64,000 bases of DNA from the IMG/VR virus record IMGVR_UViG_3300023174_000063; one strand, 5' to 3'. Made by a program: the position numbers and the translations under genes. The notes below the pieces were generated by a model. The model did not search any database. It saw nothing but the letters and a program-made list of their open reading frames with translations, and was not told where the DNA came from. This DNA is from a virus. Below are positions 1-12,000 of this stretch, piece after piece (the stretch's first letter is position 1; every line of letters begins with the position of its first letter).

Positions 1-1
1 A

Positions 2-187
2 ATTGATATTTCTGGACCTAAAGAAAAAGTCGAGTGCATTTTAGAAGTTTTAAGATCATCTAGACTTCTTTTTCTGGAATTGGAAAACAAAAATTCAACG
101 CTAAAAGAGATTTTATCACTAACAGCGAAGAAAAATCTGGCTGCACAAAAATATAAAAATATTACTGGAAAAGTCTGGTATTTTTGA
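2..187 (+). CDS. 3' end of a hypothetical protein (partial, runs off window start)
   Basis: Open frame IDISGPKEKVECILEV...GKVWYF* ending TGA at 185-187; not in the ORF track because it has no start inside the window. Confidence 0.7.
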   Translation: MDISGPKEKVECILEVLRSSRLLFLELENKNSTLKEILSLTAKKNLAAQKYKNITGKVWYF

Positions 188-225
188 CACTTATCTAATT
201 AATTCTAGAAGGATACAGTGCTTAA

Positions 226-3200
226 ATGGCAGATACACCTGATGTAGGCGTTGGAAATCTAGACTTGCAGCGACAGCTCAATAGTCTAATTACAGAGCGC
301 AATAAAATATTAGCACAGCACAATTCTACAATTGAGGCTCACAATAATCTTATTGCAGAAATGTCTCTGAAGTTATCCAACATGCAGCTAGCAACAGCTG
401 GTGCTGCTAGATCTAATGCTGAAATGAATAGTGCATTAGAGGAGTCTTCTCGACTTGCACGTGCTACCAGTGAAGACATTGATGATCTAAACAAGAAGCT
501 TAAAGAGACAGACAAGAAATCTTTTAACGTCACCGGCATTCTCAAAAAAATGGGTGGAGCTTTACTGTCTGTTGGTAAAGTCGCAGGTAGCATCATTGGT
601 GTGTTAATCGATGCAGGAGCTGCAATTTTTAATATAGCAAAAGCAGTCATTGCATGGCCATTTGCCCTTTTAGGCGCCCTGATTGAACAAGCTAACAGTC
701 TACCTTCAGGACCCAATCCAATTAAAGTGGCTTTAGAAGATATTAGAAAAGCCTTTGGTGATCTTAACGCTAACGAAGGCAAAGCAGTTGCCGGCTCTCT
801 AGGTGAAATTAGGCGAGAATTAAGCGATTTTGCCGGAACTGGCTTGAGAGTTGCTAGAATTTATGGCTACGGATCTGAAGGTATTGCTGCAGCAATGAAA
901 GATTTTCAGGCAATTGCTGAGGCTCTCGGGCCTAGTCTTAATAGATTGCAGCAAGATGTGAGAGGCAACATACCAGAGCTGCTAGCACTCACAAAAGGAT
1001 TTACTACTAGCGCAGAAGCAACTGCTGCTATGCTTAAGCATGCCAAATCGCTAGGTAAAGACGGTACACAAGAAATTATACGCATGACCGGCATGGCCCA
1101 AAGAATGGGCAAGCAGTACGGAATTAATGCTAAAATTATTGGCAAAGCAGTCGGAGAAATGTCCAAAGACGTCTCTAACTTTGGATCATTGTCGTCCAAG
1201 CAATTAATGTCATCAGCTGTTTATGCGTCAAAATTAGGAATTGAAATCAAAGAGCTCGCAGATGTAATGAATAAATTCCTTAATTTTGAAGATGCTGCCA
1301 AGGGTGCTGCAGAAATGGCACAAGCATTCGGCATGAACGTCGATGTCATGGAGCTCATGAAAGGCGGCCCTGAAGCAATCGACGAAATGAGAAAAGCATT
1401 TTTTGCTTCAGGCAGGTCGATCGAGAACATGTCAAATGCCGAACGAAAACTGCTTGAAATGCAAACGGGTCTGACCGGCGCGTCTCTAGAGGCAGCACTT
1501 GCTGCAGAAAATCAAGGCCTCTCATATGATCAAATAGCGTCTTCAGCAGAGGATGCTGAGAGTGTTCAAGAGCAGCAAATTAAGGTAATGAGAGAGCTCG
1601 GCAAGAGTATTGAGAGAGTTTTTGGCAGCGGCGGAGATACATTTAAAGATTTTACTGAGTCGATTACGAAGGGATTTAATGACGGTCTTAATAGAGCCGG
1701 CCCCTTCTTGCAAGTACTTCAATTTATTAGAACAGACCTTAGAAAGGCTAATTGGTTTGGTCGTGAACTCGGAAAGACTTTCGGTACGCTTTTCCCTGGA
1801 TTTGTTAAATTTTCTAACGGGCTAGCAGCTGTCTTTAATCCTGTAAATTTTAAGCAATTATTTCATGATTTTAGTGGCAACTTCAGACAGTTTATGAACG
1901 ATCTTTCTGATCCCAAGAAGAATGCAGTCAAAGTTTTTCTAGAAAACATTAAGAAGACATTTAGCAGTTTCTTTAGCAGAAGTGGACCCGGCGGGGAAAA
2001 GATTTTTGACGGCTTCAAGACAATGGTATCGACGGTCTGGAGAATTTTCAAGGAGCTTGTAACGGTAGGAGCAGAAGAATTAACCGCTTTAATTAAAGAT
2101 TTTCTTAAGGGTGATTTTATTAAGTCATTGACGTCAGGCGTTGATAGTGCATCATCTGAGGTTGGAAAAGCTTTGGGTGGTCTATGGGATGCGATTGTAA
2201 AGGCGTGGGATACACTGTGGCCTGTTTTGCAGCCAAAATTAGAAGAGTTTGGCACTTGGCTTAAAGAGAAATTTTTTGCAATTATTAACTCTTTATTTGG
2301 GATCACAAAGGAAGATGTTGAAAGTTCAGCCGGCTCTCTTATGTCTGCATTTAGCTCGGCTGCACCTTTTCTTGTGGGAGGAATGATTGCACCAATTGCT
2401 GCAATGTTGGCGCCAGCACTTGGTGGTGTCATTAAAGGAGCTTTTACGGCGACAACAGAGCTAATAACTAGATTTGCACTGACTAGTCTGGTTCCTGCGC
2501 TCGGTGGACTGCCTGGTGCAGCACCTCCTATTCCTGGCGCGCCTATGTCTGGTGCGGCATTTGGCAGCTTTTTGGCAAAAGGTTTAGCTATCTTGGTAAT
2601 CGGCGCTGTCTTAATACCTCTGGCAGCGTCTTATCTTAAAAAAATAACGCCCAGTCTTATGGAAATTAATCCTGAGGTGCTTCCAAAGCTAGGCATTGCA
2701 ATGTTAGCCTTAGGCGGCTTATTTCTTGCCGGCGCCGGCATGTTAGGAATGATAAAGCTAGCTTCTTACTTAGACGTCAAGGCAGGGGCCATGCTAGCAG
2801 GCATAGGCATAATAGCTGCAGCAGTTGGCGCAATGGCACTTACAGCAAAAGCAGTTAACTGGCTGCTAGAAGACATCGATGCTAATAAGCTCAAGACACA
2901 AGCTGAAGCACTCGACAAACTAACGTGGATGGGCACGAAAATGTCAGCTGCAGCGCTGGTTATTGGAGCAATTGTTGTTCAGACCTACGGCCTCGGCGCA
3001 CTTGTTATTGGTGCAGGCGTAGCAATGATAGCTTCAGTCATTACTGGAACAGTTACAGCATTAATGCCGGCAATTAAAGCGCTCTCAAAAATAAAACTAG
3101 AAAACCCAGAACATTTTGAAAAGACAACAACTATAATTACAAAATTGGCAGATACCGGCGCAAATACTGCTATGGCAATTGCAGCAATTATGAAAGCAAT

Positions 3201-4755
3201 TCCTACCGGAAGCTATTTTAGTTTTGCTGATACAAGGCTAGGCCGTCTAAAAGAAGGAATGAAATTAGTTACATCACTTTCTGATTCGCTCAGTGATCCT
3301 ATAAAGAAGATGCAGCCAATAATTGCCGACGTCAGGACGATGATGACAACAACAGACCCTGCAGCATTTGAAGCGGGCACAAAGTTTTTAGCCGCTCTTT
3401 TGCCTCCAATTCTTGATTTTATGATGATGGGACCCAAGCTTTTTTCTTCAATACAGAAATCAGTTACCAATAGTGAAGGTGAAATTAATACAATAAAATT
3501 TGAAAGATTAGCCATAATAACGGGTCAGATAATGAGCTCAGTATCAAAGCCCGAAATGCTGACTAGTTTTAGTGAAGCCGTAAAAGGAATTACCAAGCTT
3601 GTCAATGACAAGTCATTCTCTGAAGACGTTATGAAGCCTGGATTCGATAAAAAAATGACAAAAGTTGTAAAGATTTTCGAAGTCATTAAATCTTTTAGCT
3701 CAATAACAGCTGATCTCATAGGAATTGTCACTGCTTTGCCTTATCTAGGCAATGGAAAGTCTGATTCTGAAAAAATCACATCAACGGTGACTTTGCTCAA
3801 TAGCATTATTGGCTCAATTCCAGGGATGCTGAGCCGGCTCGTGACAGAAAGTGCAAATGTTTTCAATAGCCCTGAATTGAACCAGGCACTAAAAGACTAC
3901 GACCCTAAAAAAGTTGAAGACAAGGTCGAAATGATCAAGTCGCTGTTTGAAATTCTAGGAGGGTTTACGTCAACAGTTGCAGGAATTTCCGAAGAAGTTA
4001 TTGAAAAATCTAATGACGCAACCACACGTACTGGAGGCCTGACACTGGCGCCTGATAAAGTAGTCATGGGTACTAAATTTGGCCAAACAATGGAAGTCAT
4101 CAGCAAAATAATTTCAGATGGCAAACTAAGAGATTTTGTAGGACAAATGTCGACCATTTTTGGCAATCTTTTTAAAGAAGTTGGACAAGACGGTTTGGCA
4201 AATGTTGGTAAATTTCAAGATTTTATTAGAGAAAGTATTTCAGCGCTTAAAGAATTTACTAACTTTCCTTCGGGCATAAGTAGTGGAATTAGAGATGCGT
4301 ATGATGCGATTGTTCAGGGCGCTCCAGCTACATCTAGCGGTCTCATGCAAGGCACTTGGCTGCAAGCTATCGTACAAGCGCTAAGTTATACAGGCAACGC
4401 AGAAACTTTAAAAAATGCCGAGTCAAATTCAGATACGTGGATTAAAATTGCCAACAATACCGCTAGCTTTCTAAAAATTCTTTCAGAATCTGCACAATTT
4501 GTTGATGCTGTTGCCTCAACATACATAGGCGCAGTTACTAAGATCCAAGAAATTGGCGATGCTTTTGCAACAACGAAGACTTTCGAACTGGCCATGGATC
4601 TTAGAGATCTTTTGCAGTCAAATAAAAAAGTCGTAGTAGATACAACTGGCGCAGAGTATCATATATCTTTAGTCGTTAATATCGATGCTGAAAAGTTAGC
4701 AGAAAATTTGGCAAAGACAAAAATATTCGGTGAAAAACTTGGAACAGGATCCTAA
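226..4755 (+). CDS. Tail tape measure protein
   Basis: 1509 aa, Ala/Gly/Leu-rich and helical, N-terminal coiled coil, central hydrophobic segments; directly upstream of baseplate genes. Confidence 0.8.
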   Translation: MADTPDVGVGNLDLQRQLNSLITERNKILAQHNSTIEAHNNLIAEMSLKLSNMQLATAGAARSNAEMNSALEESSRLARATSEDIDDLNKKLKETDKKSFNVTGILKKMGGALLSVGKVAGSIIGVLIDAGAAIFNIAKAVIAWPFALLGALIEQANSLPSGPNPIKVALEDIRKAFGDLNANEGKAVAGSLGEIRRELSDFAGTGLRVARIYGYGSEGIAAAMKDFQAIAEALGPSLNRLQQDVRGNIPELLALTKGFTTSAEATAAMLKHAKSLGKDGTQEIIRMTGMAQRMGKQYGINAKIIGKAVGEMSKDVSNFGSLSSKQLMSSAVYASKLGIEIKELADVMNKFLNFEDAAKGAAEMAQAFGMNVDVMELMKGGPEAIDEMRKAFFASGRSIENMSNAERKLLEMQTGLTGASLEAALAAENQGLSYDQIASSAEDAESVQEQQIKVMRELGKSIERVFGSGGDTFKDFTESITKGFNDGLNRAGPFLQVLQFIRTDLRKANWFGRELGKTFGTLFPGFVKFSNGLAAVFNPVNFKQLFHDFSGNFRQFMNDLSDPKKNAVKVFLENIKKTFSSFFSRSGPGGEKIFDGFKTMVSTVWRIFKELVTVGAEELTALIKDFLKGDFIKSLTSGVDSASSEVGKALGGLWDAIVKAWDTLWPVLQPKLEEFGTWLKEKFFAIINSLFGITKEDVESSAGSLMSAFSSAAPFLVGGMIAPIAAMLAPALGGVIKGAFTATTELITRFALTSLVPALGGLPGAAPPIPGAPMSGAAFGSFLAKGLAILVIGAVLIPLAASYLKKITPSLMEINPEVLPKLGIAMLALGGLFLAGAGMLGMIKLASYLDVKAGAMLAGIGIIAAAVGAMALTAKAVNWLLEDIDANKLKTQAEALDKLTWMGTKMSAAALVIGAIVVQTYGLGALVIGAGVAMIASVITGTVTALMPAIKALSKIKLENPEHFEKTTTIITKLADTGANTAMAIAAIMKAIPTGSYFSFADTRLGRLKEGMKLVTSLSDSLSDPIKKMQPIIADVRTMMTTTDPAAFEAGTKFLAALLPPILDFMMMGPKLFSSIQKSVTNSEGEINTIKFERLAIITGQIMSSVSKPEMLTSFSEAVKGITKLVNDKSFSEDVMKPGFDKKMTKVVKIFEVIKSFSSITADLIGIVTALPYLGNGKSDSEKITSTVTLLNSIIGSIPGMLSRLVTESANVFNSPELNQALKDYDPKKVEDKVEMIKSLFEILGGFTSTVAGISEEVIEKSNDATTRTGGLTLAPDKVVMGTKFGQTMEVISKIISDGKLRDFVGQMSTIFGNLFKEVGQDGLANVGKFQDFIRESISALKEFTNFPSGISSGIRDAYDAIVQGAPATSSGLMQGTWLQAIVQALSYTGNAETLKNAESNSDTWIKIANNTASFLKILSESAQFVDAVASTYIGAVTKIQEIGDAFATTKTFELAMDLRDLLQSNKKVVVDTTGAEYHISLVVNIDAEKLAENLAKTKIFGEKLGTGS

Positions 4756-4788
4756 GGCATAGTATTTGATTAATTTCGGAGCACACAT

Positions 4789-4992
4789 ATGAATAATTTT
4801 GAAGATTTTGACATGCTGTTTGAGGCTCTGACACAGGACTGGGAGACTGATGTCAAGGATAAATGCAAAGCTGAGTATGAAGAAATTAAAAAAGAAAGTC
4901 TTAATTTTATTGAATATTTTAATAAAATCTTAAGTGACAAGTCTCTTGCAGAGCAAATTGAGAATGAATTAGACAAGAGGTTAAGATCTTGA
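4789..4992 (+). CDS. Small hypothetical protein
   Basis: 67 aa, GGAG upstream of ATG, 4-nt overlap with the next gene. Confidence 0.6.
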   Translation: MNNFEDFDMLFEALTQDWETDVKDKCKAEYEEIKKESLNFIEYFNKILSDKSLAEQIENELDKRLRS

Positions 4993-7900
4993 CAAAAAAA
5001 ACACATGATACTAAGGCGACGCTCTCTAATAATTTAGAGCCGGAGCAGATTTATCAGACAGGCTACTATAGTCAGTCGAATAGAAGAGGATCGTCTGAAG
5101 AACCTCCGGCGCCCGTAAGACCTGACAATAACGAAGACATTAGCAGAGACGCTTTAGAGACAACTGCTGATTACACGAGTCGCTTAACGACTGGCGAAAT
5201 CGGCGATCAGCAGCAGCGTCGTCTTAGAAAAGGAAATGTGTTTGCTGTCGATAGTGATTTAAATTATTTGCACTCTAGACAGGGTTTGACTAGCGGCGAA
5301 TCCAATGATAATGCGAACACTGAGATTATTAGAGACGGTAGAACTCTTGGAACATTTTTAGATGCTTCACGTCAAGCTAATAGTGAACAGGCCAATAGAT
5401 TTGACACTACAAGCTTATCGAGCTATGGAAGGCCAGAGTCAACAGATAACCCATTTTTTAAAGAACGTCCTGTTATAGATAAAACTAAATCAAAGGATGG
5501 TCACGTTCTACTGACCAATATTAAAGAAGAAAAGAAAAATTCTAGAACAGGTGCACCAGCAGTCTATACAGATGGCGACAATAGATCGCTCCCAGAAACT
5601 CAAAAAAGAATTTCATCTGTGTTAGAAAACAATAGATTTAACCCTTCAGATAAAACTCCTTTTATGAGAGATAATTCTAGAATTGTCGACGATCAAGGGC
5701 GCAAGAGATTCGGCACAACAAAACAGGGAGAAATGGGTGTTTATAATAAAAATTCTGATTTTGTCTTAGAGGAGGAACTCAAAAAAGTCGGAACTCAGCT
5801 TGTTAACGTTGCATCAGGTCAGGCCGATCTAAATGATGGTAAAACTACTCGTGATGGTAATGTTAATATTGCAGAAATTTTTAGTGCACAGAGACTTACG
5901 GGCTGGCAGTCAATTGATGCCTCGGACATGCGTGCCTTTAGTACACCCGCAGGTGGCGAGATAGTCGCTCCTACGTCGGGCGAAAAAAGCAGTCTTTTAC
6001 AAGAAGAGGGTTCTGAGGGAAATCCGGATGCTAAAAAGTCTTATGGTGTCCTCAACAATTCATACGAGCAATTCTCTAGCCCAGCTCCCGTTTCAATGAT
6101 TGTGAATACGCTAGTTGGAATGTTGACGCTTTTTGCAACTGCCGTGCTAATTAGAACCCTAATGTCAGCTTTTGCCAGATCAGAAAATGAGGGAATTATT
6201 CCTGGAGCTGAACATCCAAAGAATATGGTTCCAGGTAGGCACAGCCTCTATAAAAACTTATTGAGTTCAAAAATGCGCAAGCTCTTTAACGTTCCAGACC
6301 TGGAACATGATTTTGATTCTTGCGTGGTTGCCGGCATTCTCTCGTTCTACGGGCTCGAGGGATTTGCACAATTTTTGCCCGATTCACTAATTAAAAAGCC
6401 CAGCATTAAGGATATTGCAGAAGCGGCAAAAAATCCTGGAGCGATTACGGGATTAAATGTCTTGGATAAATTTAGTTCATTAGCAAATTCTGCCGGCTAT
6501 TATTCAATTATCACTAGAGCGGCGTCTCGAGATTCTAGACAAATTTTAGACGCATTTAAAGCCTCTTCGGGCAGCTCAATTATCGGTGCTGTTTCTACAC
6601 CACTTAGAATTTTTGATGCAATTTTAGAGTCTACAACATATAAGTTTTTAATGACAATTGCCGTAGTCGGCGACAAACTATTTTCAAGCATGCAGGGTCA
6701 CCCCACTATTGGTGGTAATGTTGGACCAAGAGCAGATTCACCTCTAGCAAGAGTGTCATCAAATAGAAATTTATCTGGAGAGTTGACATGGAGAAATTCT
6801 TCTGTTAATTCAATGTATCTCTTGCCCGAAGTTTTCACACAGGCAAATCTTAAAGTAAGGAAGAACAGTGAAATTATTGCTGATAAAATTTTTAAGTCAG
6901 CCGGCGCAGTCGATCAGGCCTTAGAATTCGACATAAACGAGACGAAAGGATCCAATACCAAGAATACAGGACGCTTCAGCAAAGACGTTGTAGAGGCAAT
7001 TGAAAATAGGCTTGATGCCGAATATGTCCCCTTTTATTTTCATGATATCAGAACTAATGAAATTATCGCTTTTCATGCATTTTTAACAACGTTGGATGAT
7101 TCGTACTCGGCAGATTATGCGTCAACCCCTGCATATGGTCGAGGAGATGAAATAAAGACCTACAGCAAGACAACTAGAGCAATATCGTTAAAATTTTATA
7201 TTGCTGCAACCAATCCAGACGACATGAATGAGATGTATTGGAAGCTTAATAAATTGGTTTCGTTGGTATACCCGCAGTGGTCTAGAGGTAGATCTGTTGT
7301 CAACGGAGAAGGAATTAATGCCGAAAAATTTATTCAACCATTCTCTCAAATTCCTACGGCGTCACCTCTTGTGCGAATTAGGCTGGGAGATGTTTTGACT
7401 TCTAACTATTCTAGATTCGGTCTCATGAGACTCTTTGGTTTGGGTGATAACAAAAATGTTTTTACACTAGATTTAGATGAGTCTAAGAGCTCCATCGTAG
7501 AGGATCCACGCAAAGAGCAATATGAAAAAGACCTCAAAGAAGCAGAAAGAAAGCAATATTTGGCGCTGGCGCTGAGAGAAGTTAATCCAGGTGCTGACGA
7601 TGCCTCTCAGCGCACCACATTCACCAATGCTTATGCTTTATATGGCGCTGAAGATGCACAGGGTGCTGTAAATTCTGTCGACTTTGGAGACAACTCAATT
7701 TTTGGATATCAGCCAGGCGATAAAATTTTAATACATCCTACACACGGAGATGGCGCGAAAGGTTATTGGCCTAGAAATGCTGAAGGAAAGTTGGCAAAAC
7801 AGATCAGCGGATACAAAACTACTAACAGCGTTACAACCCAGACTATCGAATTTGCCACAGGAAGATCAGGAACACGAGGGCGAAATATTTATAAAACTGA

Positions 7901-8804
7901 AACAAAGGCTGTAGCAACTCCTGCAAATAAGCTAATTGCGTATTCCACTTCTGATGTTAGAGTAGAGGTGATTAAAAGAATACCTGACGGTGTTTCTCCT
8001 CTTGTGCAAAATGAAAAAAACTTTTCAAAGCATGTAGATAAAGTAGATGGCAATCCTGCTATCGCTTGGTTTGATGAAGCAACTGCCGATTTTATGTCAC
8101 AGCATAACGGTGACCCAAATCACTTTGGCACAATGGCATATCTCGTCAAGGTGCACCCTGGATCAGACGCGGATATTCAATGTGACAAGAGAAAGATTCC
8201 AACTGACATGAGATACCATCGAGTCTTGCATGATCAAATTTGTGGCATGTGGGATACTACGAATCTTGTGGGGTGGCCAGAGCCTATAGAGCCCGACCAA
8301 ACAATTTGGTCAAATAGAGAGCACAGTTATGATAAATTGCAGCAATTTTTTGACCCTAAAAACAACTTTATTGTAAGATCATTTGAAAGCACTGCAGGAC
8401 GTGGCCTTGCCGGCTTTATTACTACACTTGGCATTGATTGGAAATTGAACGAAGCGACTTGGGATATTGATTTTGGAATGATTGCACCAAAATATGTCGA
8501 AGTAAATATTGGTTTCTCGCCAATTCACGACATTCCTCTGGGTTTGGATCACTCTGGCATGATGAGATCTTTACCGTATAAAGTGGGTGGTACATCAAGA
8601 CTCGTTGGCGGAGATCCACATAATTCTTCTGCAGAAGAAAGACGTGCGTCTTTCGAGGCTCTAGAGGACATAGTGAGCGATCAGGAAAAAAAGTTTGTCG
8701 AGAACGTGGAAAAGGCGAAGAAAGATGTGGATAAAATTGAAAAAACTGTTAATACTGCCAAAAATTCTGCAGTTGACATAAAGAAATTTGGAGGAATTCT
8801 ATGA
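4989..8804 (+). CDS. Baseplate/tail-tube-initiator-like structural protein (gp48/gp54-like domain)
   Basis: Segment FHAFLTTLDDSYSADY..YGRGDEIKTYSKTTRAISLKF...PLVRIRLGD and C-terminal GFITTLGIDW...W...PKYVEVNIGFSPIH resemble tail-tube-fold baseplate proteins; lies between TMP and LysM gene. Confidence 0.6.
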   Translation: MTKKTHDTKATLSNNLEPEQIYQTGYYSQSNRRGSSEEPPAPVRPDNNEDISRDALETTADYTSRLTTGEIGDQQQRRLRKGNVFAVDSDLNYLHSRQGLTSGESNDNANTEIIRDGRTLGTFLDASRQANSEQANRFDTTSLSSYGRPESTDNPFFKERPVIDKTKSKDGHVLLTNIKEEKKNSRTGAPAVYTDGDNRSLPETQKRISSVLENNRFNPSDKTPFMRDNSRIVDDQGRKRFGTTKQGEMGVYNKNSDFVLEEELKKVGTQLVNVASGQADLNDGKTTRDGNVNIAEIFSAQRLTGWQSIDASDMRAFSTPAGGEIVAPTSGEKSSLLQEEGSEGNPDAKKSYGVLNNSYEQFSSPAPVSMIVNTLVGMLTLFATAVLIRTLMSAFARSENEGIIPGAEHPKNMVPGRHSLYKNLLSSKMRKLFNVPDLEHDFDSCVVAGILSFYGLEGFAQFLPDSLIKKPSIKDIAEAAKNPGAITGLNVLDKFSSLANSAGYYSIITRAASRDSRQILDAFKASSGSSIIGAVSTPLRIFDAILESTTYKFLMTIAVVGDKLFSSMQGHPTIGGNVGPRADSPLARVSSNRNLSGELTWRNSSVNSMYLLPEVFTQANLKVRKNSEIIADKIFKSAGAVDQALEFDINETKGSNTKNTGRFSKDVVEAIENRLDAEYVPFYFHDIRTNEIIAFHAFLTTLDDSYSADYASTPAYGRGDEIKTYSKTTRAISLKFYIAATNPDDMNEMYWKLNKLVSLVYPQWSRGRSVVNGEGINAEKFIQPFSQIPTASPLVRIRLGDVLTSNYSRFGLMRLFGLGDNKNVFTLDLDESKSSIVEDPRKEQYEKDLKEAERKQYLALALREVNPGADDASQRTTFTNAYALYGAEDAQGAVNSVDFGDNSIFGYQPGDKILIHPTHGDGAKGYWPRNAEGKLAKQISGYKTTNSVTTQTIEFATGRSGTRGRNIYKTETKAVATPANKLIAYSTSDVRVEVIKRIPDGVSPLVQNEKNFSKHVDKVDGNPAIAWFDEATADFMSQHNGDPNHFGTMAYLVKVHPGSDADIQCDKRKIPTDMRYHRVLHDQICGMWDTTNLVGWPEPIEPDQTIWSNREHSYDKLQQFFDPKNNFIVRSFESTAGRGLAGFITTLGIDWKLNEATWDIDFGMIAPKYVEVNIGFSPIHDIPLGLDHSGMMRSLPYKVGGTSRLVGGDPHNSSAEERRASFEALEDIVSDQEKKFVENVEKAKKDVDKIEKTVNTAKNSAVDIKKFGGIL

Positions 8805-9097
8805 GTGTTTCTAGATATAGAAGATCTTCTAGGATTAAAGCGGGAACCCAGCTGAGTACATCTAATATTAGTGCGCTAATTTACTCTAATGTCAGAGAGG
8901 GAAATATTACGACATTTAATTACGTCCTCAAAGAAGGAGAAAGACTCGATCAACTAGCTGGAAGATATTTGGGGAATGGTGATCTTTGGTGGGTTATTGC
9001 TGCTGCAAGTGGAATCGGGTGGATGTTGCAGGCAGCTCCAGGAACTAGAATTAAAATACCCGACAATGTCGGACAAATTATGTCGTATGTGAGTTAA
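8801..9097 (+). CDS. LysM-like baseplate wedge protein (gp53/GpX-like)
   Basis: YVLKEGERLDQLAGRYLGNGDLWWVIAAASGI...PGTRIKIP, the typical LysM/tail-X pattern. Confidence 0.85.
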   Translation: MSVSRYRRSSRIKAGTQLSTSNISALIYSNVREGNITTFNYVLKEGERLDQLAGRYLGNGDLWWVIAAASGIGWMLQAAPGTRIKIPDNVGQIMSYVS

Positions 9098-9099
9098 AA

Positions 9100-12000
9100 A
9101 TGTCAAATGTTACAGTTCGACCTGAGTTAGACGAAATAATTAATAGACTTGGTAGATATTTTGGATCCATCTCTAAGAGTGCATTCTTAAATTACGCCGC
9201 TAAAAAAAGAGAAAAAGATGGCAAAATTGAACCCTTGAGCGGAATTGAGACGGCTATTACAACGCTAGGTGATGTCATTCTTGATATGCAAGAAGGCGGC
9301 AAGATGACAAAAGACATTATTCAACAAGTAAATGAGAAACTAAATAGAACTTCCCCAGAAGATTCTGAAAATAGTCTAGACACTACAATGCCATCTGTTC
9401 TTAGAATTACATATGAACCGATTCCTGACGCCGCCGCATGCAATATCGTTCATGGGCATACGGCCGGAGCGAAATTAAAAGATCAAGGTTCTTTTGCAGG
9501 CTCTACAGACAGTAATATTTTTTCAATTAGAAAAGTTTTAGGAAAGCTAGACGAATCAAATTTTATTAACATCAATCCAGAAGCACCTGACAAAGATACA
9601 TCTCCTGGGCTCTCTGTTATTCAAATGATACCTCCGGCACTAACACCGGCAAATAGAGACACCGGTGCAATTTCTTTATTAATGAATACGATTCCGACTC
9701 TAGAGATGAGTCGAGCCGTCCCATATATTGACATTGTAGCTATTTCTAGAACACCGTCGCTTACAGAAGCGTCTAATGGTGCTGGTAGAATTGCCCAAAT
9801 GTCTCTTGGGCAATTTTTATTAGGAAATGATAATGTTACCGGTGTTTCAAAAGTTATAGCAGGAGCGCTAGATCAATCTGTAGTCAAGGACCCGCCGCCA
9901 CCGCTAGATAATAATGATGGAACTTCTTCTAGAGCATCAACAGTAAAAGATTTTGGTACTGCAGGAATGGAGCTTTTTACGAGCCCACAGACTCTTGTGA
10001 ATGCAGATGAAATGCACAATGAATTTGACTCAATTGAGAACAGTAATTTTAATACTCTCACCGGCGAAAAAGAGACTGAAACTCTTCATCCGGGCGGGAA
10101 AAGGGCAGCACCAGTAATCGACCGCTTCAGGCCCTTAATGTCGCTTTCTGACTTTAAGGTAAATGTTTCGCCTTTGAAGGGTGTAATGTCTTACAAGAGC
10201 GCTGAAATGAATCTTATACTGCACGATAGATCTAGACTAGCAGAAATTGCACCCTTTGTCAAGCCAGACGTATTTGATAGAAATCATTTTCTCATTGAGT
10301 ACGGCTGGGCACATCCTGAAAACAAAGTTCATGAATTTTCTCCTTTGGGACAATCGATGAATATTAAGCAACTTGATGATGATTTAAATGCCAATCTAAT
10401 CGGCTTATTTATTTCTCACATGAGATGCAGAGAAAAATATCACGTTATCAACTCTTCCTTCACATTTGATGAAACTGGGCAAGTTCAAATTAACGTCAAA
10501 TTGGCAATGTTGGGAGGCGAAGACAGATTTCTGACTAGAATTGGCAGCGGTGGAGAAGTAGAAGAACAATCAAAAGCAATCAAAAAAGTCACAGAAGCAA
10601 TTGCAGAAGTAAGAAAAAAAATAGGCAGCTCGCAGGCCGGTGGCTCTGAAGATGTTTTAGGAGATAGCAATATACTCAATATTGCATCTACAGCAGAATC
10701 AGCAGTCAATCTCAAAAAAGATGATATGAAAAAAATCAATGAATTTCTCAAAAAGAACAAAGGACAATCACAAGTTCAAGAAATAGAGAAACTCAAAGAA
10801 TGCTTTACACAGCTATTAGGACCGAATGGCGACGGCACAGGAACTTCATTAATAGCTAGCATTAGAGGAAGTATCGCAGCCGAAATTAATAGAAAAATGT
10901 CTGCAATTAAAAACGGATATGATCCATGGATTCGAACAATGTCTTTGGGTGGAAAAGACATCACTGAAAAGAACATTGGAAATTACGTTTCTCTCGGTAA
11001 AATTTTTACTATCTTTTTAGGAATGCCACTAGCTGACACTAAAAAATTTGATGATGTTCAAATATATTTTTACTCCTTCAATGACAAAGCATCCTTCGCC
11101 AAAGATTTAAACATCGCACAATTTCCAATCCCTTGCGACGACTTAGAAGAAATGCTTAAAGAGACAATGAAATTAGAGGCAAATCTTCCACTTATGTCTT
11201 TCATTAATTTCATTAATAATGCTTTCATCTGCGATCAAGGAAGCCCTGCGTACGGCATGACAAATATTTTTACTGACAGAGACAAAGAAAGCAAGCTTAA
11301 AAGAAAGTTAGCCAAAGAATTCGAAGAAGACGGCACGCTTATGTTTGGAGAAAAGCAGAGAATCTTAAGGAGCGCATACGGAGAAGGTGCCGATCTTGTT
11401 TTTAAGCTTCCAGCTTTAAAGATTAAAGTAGAGACAGTCCCAGTAGCCGATAAGACTAAAGATTCTGATGGTGTCGACGAAATGGGTGCCAGCAAGACAA
11501 TTCTTAGGGTCCATGTGTTCGATGCGCAAGCATCTTCTTACACGTGTCTTTCATCTCTTCTTGCGGCATCTAGAAGAGACCAGATGGGCATCATAACAAA
11601 GTCTGCCGGGAATGTAACTAATGCATCAACTGCATCACCCCAGCACAATGATGAATTTAACAAGTATCTTGCTGAAGCTGTAAGCAGGGGACTTTTAGAG
11701 TTAATTCCCGCGACATCAGAAAAAATTAGTCCCGAGATGAAATCGACAGAAGAAGCCTCAAAGGGCAAACGTTATTATCGCCTCGCTGGTGGTTTCCCTG
11801 CCCTAAAAAACTATATTAGCAGAGCAATGCCTTCAGTTGCATACGGGTCACAAAATTCAGGTATTATTAAAGCTAATGTTCAGAGCATGCAGAATGCTCT
11901 ACTTTCCACAGTGAACATGCAACGACAAGGTTTGCGTCCCGGCGACCAGCCACAGAGTAAGAGAGACGCAGGAGTTCCTATGACTGTCCAGCCTGTCGAA

